Below are positions 1 to 7,505 of a stretch of 32,000 nt of DNA, piece after piece (position 1 is the first letter of the stretch; each line of letters starts with the position of its first letter). The stretch covers positions 2,880,001 through 2,912,000 of the forward strand of contig LT962688.1 in NCBI GenBank assembly GCA_900234795.1, written 5' to 3'. The notes under the pieces were generated by a model. It was not told the DNA's origin. It worked only from the letters and a program-made list of their open reading frames with translations, and searched no databases. This DNA is from Methylorubrum extorquens. GTDB taxonomy: Bacteria; Pseudomonadota; Alphaproteobacteria; Rhizobiales; Beijerinckiaceae. The translations under genes were made by a program, and so were the position numbers.

Positions 1-1507
1 AGGCCACGTCGAAGAGCGGCTGGCCGCCGAGGCGCTCGATCGCCTCCGGCGTCAGGCGGACGGGCAGCAGCGTGTCGGTCGGCGTGCCGAAGCGGATCAG
101 AGGGTGATCGCTTTCGATCAGCTTCTTCGCGTTGCGCTCGCCGATCCGGTAGTAGCTCATGGTCTCGACTTCGAGCCCTGGCACAATTGCCTTGACCACG
201 CCGATCCCGCCGCCGGGCGGCGTGCAATCGACGTAGAGCACATCGAAGCCTGCCTCCTCCAGCCGGTCGCGGGCGATCTTTCCGCGAGCGTGACCGTCCG
301 GGGCCGGTGTTGTCGGCAAGTCGGAAAACGCCTTGGTGCTGCGCTCGGAATAGACCGTGTTGCTCAGAACCCCACGCAGCTCGGCCGACGAGAGGTCGAG
401 CCATGCGAGCATGGCCTGCAGCGCGCGGCTCTCCTCCAGATCGAGGCTCGGCAATGCCTTCTGGATGAAGGATTCGACATAGCCGGGCGGGGCCACCGTG
501 TCGGCAAGCGCCAGCGGCCCGTGGCCGAAGGTTTTTCGGACGCGCGCCGCCTGAAACTCGAGAAGCGCCTTGCGCAAAGCCCGCTCGCGGTCCGGATCGC
601 AGGCCTCGCCGCAGGCCGAGAGCGCGATCGGCGCGGGCGTCCGGGCCGGGTCCTCGTCGTAGCCGACGACGTAGAGGTTGGTGAGACCGAACTGATCGGT
701 GGCGAATTTCGGCAGCGCCCGGATGCCGAGGCTTTCCAGCCGGTCGAGCATGCCGCGCGTCTCGGGGCCGATCCCGTCGAGATCGAGCATCACGCCCTGA
801 TCGAGGGCCCGGAACAACAGGCCGTTGCCGTCGCGCTGGAGCAGTTCGAGCAGACCGTGGCCCAGCGCAAAGTTCACGTCCGGCCCGGCGCCGAGGCCGT
901 TCGTGATGAGGTTGGTGAAGGGCTGATAGCCCTCGCGCAGCTCGAAGTAGTCGGTCGCGGCGATATCGAGCGGCATCCACACCGACTCGCCGGTGCGGGC
1001 GCGGACCGCCTTAGTCCAATCGAGCGGGGTATCGCGGCCGACGGAGGAACCGGCGGGCAGGCACAAAGTCAGCGGATCGGCGACGGAGGATGCGCCGTAG
1101 ACGCGCACGAGGTCGGCGTAGGAGACGGCCGCTTGGTTGTCGGCCTTGCGTGGCAGCAGGGCGACGGACGGCATCAGGTTCTCGGCGATCTCGGCCACCG
1201 CGCCGATCAGCGCTTCGTCGTCGGTGGCGCCGTAGCCGATGCCGGAAGGCATGGCGCCGACATAGAACGGATCATCGAGAAAGAGCGCCACGAACCAGAC
1301 CGGGATGCCGGTGCGGTCGAGCCCCGCGAGATTGAAGCCGACGACCCGGCCCTCCGGCAGCACATCGAGATAGGCCTTCACGACATCGGGCAGCCGCGCG
1401 GGCAGCCCCTCGATCTTGCGCGGAGAGCCGCGGTGATAGGGGCGCGGCGCCGCCAGATTCGGGTGGTGGGCGCGGTCGTCCCGGTCGAGGGCGTCGGTCG
1501 CTGTCAT
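1..1507 (-). CDS. YcaO-domain protein (C-terminal end lies beyond the window start)
   Basis: It is absent from the ORF track because it has no stop codon inside the window. Hand translation of the minus strand from ATG (1507-1505) stays open down to position 1, about 502 codons: MTATDALDRDDRAHH...LTPEAIERLGGQPLFDVA. It carries YcaO-type motifs PSGIGYGATDDEALIGAVAEIAEN (GxGxGxT...A...A..E..E) and TNGLGAGPDVNFALGHGLLELLQRDG (NGxxAG....E..E/QRD). The listed + ORF 104..1561 is its antisense shadow. Confidence 0.75.
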   Translation of the reverse strand, partial: MTATDALDRDDRAHHPNLAAPRPYHRGSPRKIEGLPARLPDVVKAYLDVLPEGRVVGFNLAGLDRTGIPVWFVALFLDDPFYVGAMPSGIGYGATDDEALIGAVAEIAENLMPSVALLPRKADNQAAVSYADLVRVYGASSVADPLTLCLPAGSSVGRDTPLDWTKAVRARTGESVWMPLDIAATDYFELREGYQPFTNLITNGLGAGPDVNFALGHGLLELLQRDGNGLLFRALDQGVMLDLDGIGPETRGMLDRLESLGIRALPKFATDQFGLTNLYVVGYDEDPARTPAPIALSACGEACDPDRERALRKALLEFQAARVRKTFGHGPLALADTVAPPGYVESFIQKALPSLDLEESRALQAMLAWLDLSSAELRGVLSNTVYSERSTKAFSDLPTTPAPDGHARGKIARDRLEEAGFDVLYVDCTPPGGGIGVVKAIVPGLEVETMSYYRIGERNAKKLIESDHPLIRFGTPTDTLLPVRLTPEAIERLGGQPLFDVA

Positions 1508-1537
1508 CGTTACCCTGTTTGCGGCTCGCCGGAACTC

Positions 1538-1670
1538 ACCCAACCCACGGCCTCATCCTGAGGTGCGAGGCGAAGCAGAGCCTCGAAGGATCCTCCAGTT
1601 CCCACGCGGTCGCTGGAGGATCCTTCGAGGCCGCTCGCGCGGCACCTCAGGATGAGGGCATGGGTTGGAT
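1538..1670. repeat. Nested-palindrome intergenic repeat element, copy 1 (REP/MITE-like)
   Basis: The core is 1551..1657. The outer arms CCTCATCCTGAGGTGC / GCACCTCAGGATGAGG pair over 16 bp. The inner arms GCCTCGAAGGATCCTCCAG / CTGGAGGATCCTTCGAGGC pair perfectly over 19 bp around a 14-nt loop. Imperfect arm extensions (CCAACCCA.. / ..TGGGTTGG) reach about 1538 and 1670. The same arms recur at 11691..11800 and, in diverged form, at 9619..9759. Confidence 0.85.
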
Positions 1671-1694
1671 GTGCCGGTCTCCTCCCAAATCTCG

Positions 1695-2726
1695 TCAGGC
1701 CGCGTCGCGGCCGGCCGGTTTGCCCGCCGCCGCGTAGGCGCGGGCGATCAGGCGCATGGTGTGCAGGTCGCGCTCGGCGTCCCAGGCGGTGCGCTCGTCC
1801 CGTTCGCGCAGGGCGCGGCCGAAGGCGCGCACCTGTTCGAGGAAGGGCGAGGCCGTCGTGTCGAAGGCGATGTCCTCGACCCGGCCATCCGCCCCGTTCG
1901 TGAAGGTGACGCTGCCGCCCGCGGTCTGGCCCATCGTGTCGGTCGCGGTGAGCATCCCACCGGTGCCAACCACCTCCAGCCGGCGGCGCGGCAGGGCGTC
2001 GGGGCAATTGTAGGCCACGTTGAGCTGGGCAAGCGCGCCCGAACCGGTGCGGCCGATCAGCAGGGCACCGTCATCGACGGCGTAATCCTGCGCACGGGCC
2101 TGGGTCATGGCCGCGATCTCGTCGATCGGCTCGCCGAGCAGGAAATCCACGAGGTCGATCCCGTGGGGCGCGAGGTCGATCAGCGCGCCGCCGCCCGCCT
2201 GGGTCGGATCGATGCGCCAGTTGTCCTGGCCCCGGAACGACGCCCAGGCCCGATCGAGCCAGCAGGCGTAGACGATGCGCACCGCCGTCACCGTGCCGAG
2301 CCGGCCCGCGCGGATGAGGTCGCGCATGGCACGGTGGCCGGGATGGTGGCGCTGGTCGAAGGCGGTGCCGTAGAACGCGCCGGACTTGCGCACCGCCGCC
2401 GCCATCGCTTCCGCATCGGCGAGAGAGGCGGCCATCGGCTTCTCGCACAGCACCGCCTTGCCGGCGGCACAGAGCGCTTCGACCGCGCCGCGATGGAGAT
2501 GGTTCGGGGTGGCGACATAGACCGCCTCGACCTCGGGCTCGGCGATCAGCCCGGCGAGGTCGGCATGCGCCCGCGCGCCCTCGGCTTCCGCCGCCGCACG
2601 CGATGCCGCGCCGGGGTCGGCAACGGCGATCAGGCGGTGCCCCGCGGCGCGGATGCCGGGCGCCATGTAATCGCGGGCGACCCAGCCATAGCCGACGATG
2701 CCCCAGCCGACGCTTCCCACCATCAC
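1695..2726 (-). CDS. Gfo/Idh/MocA family NAD(P)-dependent oxidoreductase
   Basis: 343-aa ORF. It has an N-terminal Rossmann motif GIVGYGWVARDY, the family EKP motif (AVLCEKPMA) and a C-terminal alpha/beta domain. Its start (GTG 2726 or ATG 2723) overlaps the stop of the upstream methyltransferase gene (GTGATG). Confidence 0.85.
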   Translation of the reverse strand: MMVGSVGWGIVGYGWVARDYMAPGIRAAGHRLIAVADPGAASRAAAEAEGARAHADLAGLIAEPEVEAVYVATPNHLHRGAVEALCAAGKAVLCEKPMAASLADAEAMAAAVRKSGAFYGTAFDQRHHPGHRAMRDLIRAGRLGTVTAVRIVYACWLDRAWASFRGQDNWRIDPTQAGGGALIDLAPHGIDLVDFLLGEPIDEIAAMTQARAQDYAVDDGALLIGRTGSGALAQLNVAYNCPDALPRRRLEVVGTGGMLTATDTMGQTAGGSVTFTNGADGRVEDIAFDTTASPFLEQVRAFGRALRERDERTAWDAERDLHTMRLIARAYAAAGKPAGRDAA

Positions 2727-3904
2727 CAGCGCTCCGGCAGATCGACGTATTCGCGGCGGCGCACTCGCGCTGCGTCCGACGTGTTGGGCTTGCCGTTCCA
2801 GTCGATGGCCTCCGGGCCATCCGAATGCAGCGGATAAGTCGCCTGCGAGGCGTACTCAGCCTCGTAGCGCTCCGATGGCCAGCGAATGGCGAAGCCACCG
2901 TCCTCGGGCACGTAGAGCGGATTGAGGTGAAGCGCCGCGTCTGCCGGCGGCAGCGTGATGCCGTCGACGATCGCCCGCGGCGCCGGCCGCATCCCGGGCC
3001 CGGCCACCACCGAGAACGCCTCGCAGCCTCTAAGGTCGCGCGGCTCGCGGGGCTGCGGTGCGCGCGCCTCGACCAGGGCGCGGGTCAGTTCGGCGTCGTC
3101 GTAGACCAGCCCGTCCGGGAACAGCTCCTCGATTTCGGCCGCCGAGATTGCCTTGCCGGCCGAGAAGCCGGGCTGCCCGCTGTTGTGGATGTGGCTGAGG
3201 GCGAGCCAGCCCTCTTCCCCGGCGGTCTGCCGCAGGCAGGACAGGATGCCGGGCTTGTCGTCGAGGAAGTAGAAAGCGTCGTTGCAGATCACGAGATCGA
3301 CCGGCGCCTCGGGAATCGGCCAATGCGGCGACGACGCGTCGAAACAGACGAGCTGCGCCTTTTCGCCGACCACCCAGTGGCGGGCCACCCAGAGCTTGGC
3401 GAAGACCACGTCCGCACCCGCGACCTTCACGCCCCGGCGCTTCAATTCGCGCAGGTAATGGCCGATGCCGCAGGCAAGCTCGAACGCACAGACCGGGTCG
3501 TTCCAGTGCGCCTCCAGCAGGCTCAGGCCCGCCAGGAAGGTCGGGTCGGTCCAGCGGTTGACGAAGTAGTCGCCGACGCGGCCCCAGCCGAGCCAGTCCA
3601 CGGCCTGCCGCAGGGTGGCGCTCGCGCGCTCCCGAACCAGCCGGCGCAACGACTCCGGGTCGGCCGGCGGACCGGTCCACCAATCGTCCTGATCGGCCAG
3701 CAGGAGGACGAGCGCGTCCTCCCGCCGATCGGCGTCGAGATGATCGAGCGCTGCCGCGACGAGGCTATCGCGGCCGGTGCGAAGATAGGGAATGCCGTCG
3801 ATGACCGGCCAGCGGGCTCCGGTTTCGGCGTCGCGCAGGGCATGCGCGCCGTCGGCCTTGAGCCTGTGGCCGGTCTCCGGCGAGAGGAGATCGAAGGGGA
3901 TCAT
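2723..3904 (-). CDS. Class I SAM-dependent methyltransferase with an N-terminal Trm112-like segment and a C-terminal extension of unknown function
   Basis: 393-aa ORF with an ATG start at 3904. SAM motif I is FELACGIGHY, followed by an acidic residue after beta-2 (GADVV) and LVICNDAFYF (motif IV-like). The N-terminal WPVIDGIPYL resembles the Trm112-type YPIxDGIPxL motif but lacks the Zn cysteines. The last ~120 aa have no motif I recognise. Confidence 0.75.
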   Translation of the reverse strand: MIPFDLLSPETGHRLKADGAHALRDAETGARWPVIDGIPYLRTGRDSLVAAALDHLDADRREDALVLLLADQDDWWTGPPADPESLRRLVRERASATLRQAVDWLGWGRVGDYFVNRWTDPTFLAGLSLLEAHWNDPVCAFELACGIGHYLRELKRRGVKVAGADVVFAKLWVARHWVVGEKAQLVCFDASSPHWPIPEAPVDLVICNDAFYFLDDKPGILSCLRQTAGEEGWLALSHIHNSGQPGFSAGKAISAAEIEELFPDGLVYDDAELTRALVEARAPQPREPRDLRGCEAFSVVAGPGMRPAPRAIVDGITLPPADAALHLNPLYVPEDGGFAIRWPSERYEAEYASQATYPLHSDGPEAIDWNGKPNTSDAARVRRREYVDLPERW

Positions 3905-3935
3905 GAGCCTGGATTCTGCCGGACAGCGCGGGACG

Positions 3936-4856
3936 TCACGGGATGCGCATATCGGTCAGAACGCGATCCTGGAAAGCCTTGACCGGCCCGGCATGGACCA
4001 GTTCCATCTCGCCGAGCACCGTATCCATCGTCAGCGAAGCGGCCCGGAGGTGCTGGGCGATCTGCAGGACGCGGTCGATGGAATCGGCGGCGTGGAAGGC
4101 GCGGCCCTCCGCCGTGGCATCATCCGGCAGGACGAGACGGGCGGCACGGACCGTCTCCCGCAGCGGCGGCTCCAGCTCCTCAAGGGCCCATTCCGAACAC
4201 CGCCCGACGATCGGCCAGAGATGGTCGCCGAGCAGCATCTCGCCAGTGAAGCCGGCATCGGGCATCGCCGCGTTGTGGAAGTGGTGCGCCATCGCCGCCA
4301 GGAACACGGTGGTCGGATCGGCCCGGTAGAACGGGCTGAGCAGCACGCCGTAGACAGCGACGACGAGGCAATGCTCGGCGTGGTTCTCGGGCGGTTCGAG
4401 CAGGATGCGCGGCTTGCCGGGGCAGGTCACCCCTGCTCTGGGCTGCTGCGCCAGAGCGCCGACGAAGCCCGGCACGGGCCCGGCCGGTAGAGTGGCGGGC
4501 TCGCGCAGGCAGGCTCGAAGTCGATCCCGCAACCCGGGATCGACCGATTCCGAAACCGCGTCGAGCCCCGCCACCAGTACGGCGGAGGCCTGCGCCTCAT
4601 CGAGCCCGGCGGCCGAGAGGAACGCCGCGTCGAGGTCGCAGAGTCGCGCGGCGGCCAGCGCTTTGGCCGTGATGTCGAGGGCGACGGTCTCCGGCGGAGC
4701 GCCGCCGGTGAGCGCCGACCACCCTTGAGCGAATAGACGCTCGGCGATCGAGCCCGCGCGCCCCGCCGAGCGGACGCGCTTGAGATCGCCGAGTTCGACC
4801 AGCAGTTCCCGCACCGCGACGGGAGCTGCCGGCCCGGTTTGCGAAAAACCCGTCAC
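3936..4856 (-). CDS. Hypothetical protein, possibly HD-superfamily metal-dependent enzyme (divergent)
   Basis: 306-aa ORF with a GTG start 12 nt after the stop of the upstream gene. The His/Asp pattern ENHAEHC ... AMAHHFHNAAMPD ... GDHLWP ... FHAADSIDR is reminiscent of the H..HD..D scaffold (YfbR-like layout). The canonical HD dyad reads HN. The start codon is uncertain. Confidence 0.45.
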   Translation of the reverse strand: MTGFSQTGPAAPVAVRELLVELGDLKRVRSAGRAGSIAERLFAQGWSALTGGAPPETVALDITAKALAAARLCDLDAAFLSAAGLDEAQASAVLVAGLDAVSESVDPGLRDRLRACLREPATLPAGPVPGFVGALAQQPRAGVTCPGKPRILLEPPENHAEHCLVVAVYGVLLSPFYRADPTTVFLAAMAHHFHNAAMPDAGFTGEMLLGDHLWPIVGRCSEWALEELEPPLRETVRAARLVLPDDATAEGRAFHAADSIDRVLQIAQHLRAASLTMDTVLGEMELVHAGPVKAFQDRVLTDMRIP

Positions 4857-4868
4857 GGGCGCGGGGCC

Positions 4869-6062
4869 TTACTGCTGCGCGCCGAGCCAGTCGAACAGCA
4901 TCCGCTGCTGCTTGCCGAAATCGTGCTCCGGACCGTGGCCGTTCTTCACCATCGGCGCCTTGAAGAAGGTCGAGAGCTGCTCCTGCACGCCGCCGTCACC
5001 GCGGGACTTGGCGAGATCCAGCACGCGGGCGATTTCGATCACAAGCGGTGCGGCCAGAATCGAGTCCTTGCAGAGGAAGTTGACCTTGATCTGCATGCGC
5101 TGGCCCATGAAGCCTGTGACGTCGATGTTGTCCCAGGCTTCCTTGTCGTCGCCGCGCGGGCGGTAATAGTGGATGTGCACGAGGTGATCTTCGACCGGGT
5201 AGCCGAGGATCGAATCGAGCACCGTGCCCTTGGTGTTGAGCTTCGATTGCAGCGAGTTTGGATCGTTGAGGGCCAAGCCGTCGCGATTGCCGAGGATGTT
5301 GGTCGAGAACCAGCCATCGACGTGAAGCTGGCGGGCCTTCAGGGCCGGGGCCAGCACCGTCTTCATCATGGTCTGGCCGGTCTTGCCGTCCTTGCCGGCG
5401 ACCGGGACGTTCAGCTCGCGGGCGAGTTCCATCAGGGCCGGCACGTCGGCGGCGATGGAGGGGGTGAAGTTCGCGTAGGGAACGCCGCTCTTGATCGCCG
5501 CATAGGCGTAGAGCATCGCCGGCGAGATCGACTCGTCGCTCGAATCGAGCCCCTTCTCGAAAGCTTCGGCCGAGTTGAGAACCGGCACGGAGAGATCGGG
5601 CCAGCGCTCGGTCGAGGCGAGGTTGATCACCACGACGTCGTCGAGGTTGCTCTCCTTGCGGAAGCGGTTGAGGTCGTTGGCAATGACCGAGACGGTCTCG
5701 CGATGGTCCTTGGCGACGATGCGGTTGCCGCCGTCGATGTTCTTGCAGAACTTGGCCGAGCCGACCGCCGGCCAGGGCGTGATGCCCTTGAGCGCCTGGG
5801 CGCCATTCTCGATATCCTCGCGGCTCAGCACGCCGTGGCCGGTGGCGGCCGAAGCGAGGTCGTCGCCGTTCAGATCCCAACCGCCGAAGACGAGATCCTT
5901 ATAGTCGGCCATCCCGGCGACGGAGACACCCGCGAGCGGAAGGCCATCCAGACGGTTCGAACCCGATTTGATGGTTTCGATGCCGGCGATAGCTGTCGTC
6001 GCGACTGCACCGCCCATGCCAACGAACGCCACTCCGACGCGTCGACCGGTCTGAATGCCCAT
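4869..6062 (-). CDS. Inositol-3-phosphate synthase (myo-inositol-1-phosphate synthase family)
   Basis: The ORF spans 4869..6140. The likely start is the internal ATG at 6062 (MGIQTGRRVGVAFVGMGGAVATT, an NAD-binding GxGxxA motif). Family motifs present are VVINLASTERW, FSTNILGNRDGLAL and LQSKLNTKGTVL. Confidence 0.85.
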   Translation of the reverse strand: MGIQTGRRVGVAFVGMGGAVATTAIAGIETIKSGSNRLDGLPLAGVSVAGMADYKDLVFGGWDLNGDDLASAATGHGVLSREDIENGAQALKGITPWPAVGSAKFCKNIDGGNRIVAKDHRETVSVIANDLNRFRKESNLDDVVVINLASTERWPDLSVPVLNSAEAFEKGLDSSDESISPAMLYAYAAIKSGVPYANFTPSIAADVPALMELARELNVPVAGKDGKTGQTMMKTVLAPALKARQLHVDGWFSTNILGNRDGLALNDPNSLQSKLNTKGTVLDSILGYPVEDHLVHIHYYRPRGDDKEAWDNIDVTGFMGQRMQIKVNFLCKDSILAAPLVIEIARVLDLAKSRGDGGVQEQLSTFFKAPMVKNGHGPEHDFGKQQRMLFDWLGAQQ

Positions 6063-6377
6063 GGGAACTCGATCTTTCTGTTGTGGTGGCGCTGACGCCT
6101 TAGGATGAGCCCTAACGGGAGGCCGCGCGGCCCATGACAACTGTGACCAACCCGGTCCGTTCCGGTGCCGACCCTGCCATCTTTGCCGCAGGTCCGCTTT
6201 CGCCGGGACTGCATCGTTTGGTTAAAATATCGTAAACACAATGGCTTAACGCTGGATTAACGGGATCACGTTTGGATCACGGGGTGGTCCCATTGTGGTC
6301 ACACCCGGCGGCGAAACCTCCGCCGGTCAAACGAAGCCCGGCACAAAAGAACGCCGAGGCACCAACAAGGAAGACCG

Positions 6378-7496
6378 ATGGGGGTTTACCCGGAGCCGGC
6401 GCGCTGCGCCGACGACGTAAGCCGACTCGTGCCTTGCGGGTCGAATGCCGGCAACGGTGCTGCTTCGCAGCCGTCGCGCGTTCGTTCGCCGCTCGTGCGC
6501 AGCCTTGCCGCCTTGACCGCCAGCGTGACCCTGCTGCTGGCCGGGCCGCAGGCCGTGTCCGCCTACGAGAACGCACATGTCGCGATTTCGATCCCGATGA
6601 TGGTGCGGGCCGATCTCCGCCCGGCCGGGGCCGAGGCGGAATGGGGCGGCACCGCGCTGCTCGGCCAGGCTGGCGGGCTGACCGCCTCGATCGACCGCAT
6701 GCAGGCGTCGCTGGCCAATCCCCGTTCGGACACCGACGACGAGATCCTCCGCTTCGGCGAGATGAGCGTGTCGCGTCCGCTGGTGGAAACGATCCTCAAG
6801 GCCTCCGAGGTGACCGGCGTCGATCCCGTCTACATGATGGCGCTCGCCGACAAGGAATCGAGCTTCGATACCAACGTGAAGTCCTCCGCCTCCTCGGCGC
6901 AGGGTCTGTTCCAGTTCGTCACCGGCACCTGGCTGGAGATGATCCGTCAGTACGGCGCCAAGCACGGAATGGCCGATGACGCCGCCGCGGTGAAGGGCCA
7001 TGGCGCCGGCATCACCATCGCCGACGCGGCGACCCGCAAGCGGGTTCTCGACCTGCGCAACGACCCCTACGTCTCCGGCCTGATGGCCGGCGAGTTGATC
7101 AAGCGGGACCGTAGCCGGATCGAGGCGCGGATCGGCCGCGAGTTGAAGACCACCGAACTCTATCTCGCGCATTTCCTCGGCACCGCGAGCGCCGGCAAGT
7201 TCCTGTCGCTCAGCGCCGAGGATCCGGACAAGGTCGCCAAGGCCGCCTTCGGCCGGGCCGCGCGTGCCAACCGCGCCATCTTCACCGCCAAGGACGGGGG
7301 CAAGCGCCGCAGCCTCACCGTGGCCGAAGTCCACGAGAAGCTCGACGGCATGATCGACCGGCGCCTGAGCCAGTATCAGGCCATCGCCGATCTCGCGCAG
7401 CAGCAGGCCGAGGAGCCGGCCGCACCGATCCTCGACGCCCGCCTGCGTCTCAGCGAGGACGTGGTGCCGTCGCTGGCGATCCGCTCGGTTCAGTAG
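6378..7496 (+). CDS. Secreted lytic transglycosylase (SLT) domain protein
   Basis: 372-aa ORF. A signal-peptide-like segment SLAALTASVTLLLAGPQAVSA is present. The SLT catalytic region is MALADKESSFDTNVKSSASSAQGLFQF (an E-S catalytic motif plus a GLxQ-like motif). The true start may be the GTG at 6495, just before the signal peptide. Confidence 0.7.
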   Translation: MGVYPEPARCADDVSRLVPCGSNAGNGAASQPSRVRSPLVRSLAALTASVTLLLAGPQAVSAYENAHVAISIPMMVRADLRPAGAEAEWGGTALLGQAGGLTASIDRMQASLANPRSDTDDEILRFGEMSVSRPLVETILKASEVTGVDPVYMMALADKESSFDTNVKSSASSAQGLFQFVTGTWLEMIRQYGAKHGMADDAAAVKGHGAGITIADAATRKRVLDLRNDPYVSGLMAGELIKRDRSRIEARIGRELKTTELYLAHFLGTASAGKFLSLSAEDPDKVAKAAFGRAARANRAIFTAKDGGKRRSLTVAEVHEKLDGMIDRRLSQYQAIADLAQQQAEEPAAPILDARLRLSEDVVPSLAIRSVQ

Positions 7497-7505
7497 GGAC
7501 CGGGC

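Noticed and set aside
104-1561. 485-aa + strand ORF covering the left end of the window
   Set aside because: It is the antisense shadow of the YcaO gene. Its composition is Arg/Ala/Gly/Val-rich and low-complexity with no recognisable motif, while the opposite strand carries clear YcaO motifs. The same reasoning applies to 1665..2837 +, 2603..3982 +, 4839..6095 + and 6327..7334 -.
1508-1694. Search for a RiPP precursor peptide directly upstream of ycaO
   Set aside because: The only ATG-initiated minus-strand ORF is MPSS*, inside the repeat. The strong SD-like GGGAGGAG at about 1683..1690 has no start codon at a usable distance. The region is explained by the repeat element.
1510-2007. ORFs running through the palindromic repeats (1510..2007 -, 1519..1737 +, and similar at 9516..9857 and 11795..12025)
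   Set aside because: Their 'protein' sequences (e.g. [27 protein letters not shown]) are just translations of the repeat arms. The same peptide-like strings appear in both orientations because the element is a palindrome.
5950-5975. GGTTCGAACCC T-arm-like string suggesting a tRNA
   Set aside because: It lies inside the MIPS coding region. No acceptor or anticodon stems can be drawn around it, so it is coincidental.
6133-6303. 8-bp inverted pair TGTGACCA (6133..6140) / TGGTCACA (6296..6303) flanking the AT-rich region
   Set aside because: A single 8-mer pair 160 bp apart is within chance expectation for a 32-kb window, and one copy may lie in the extended MIPS ORF.
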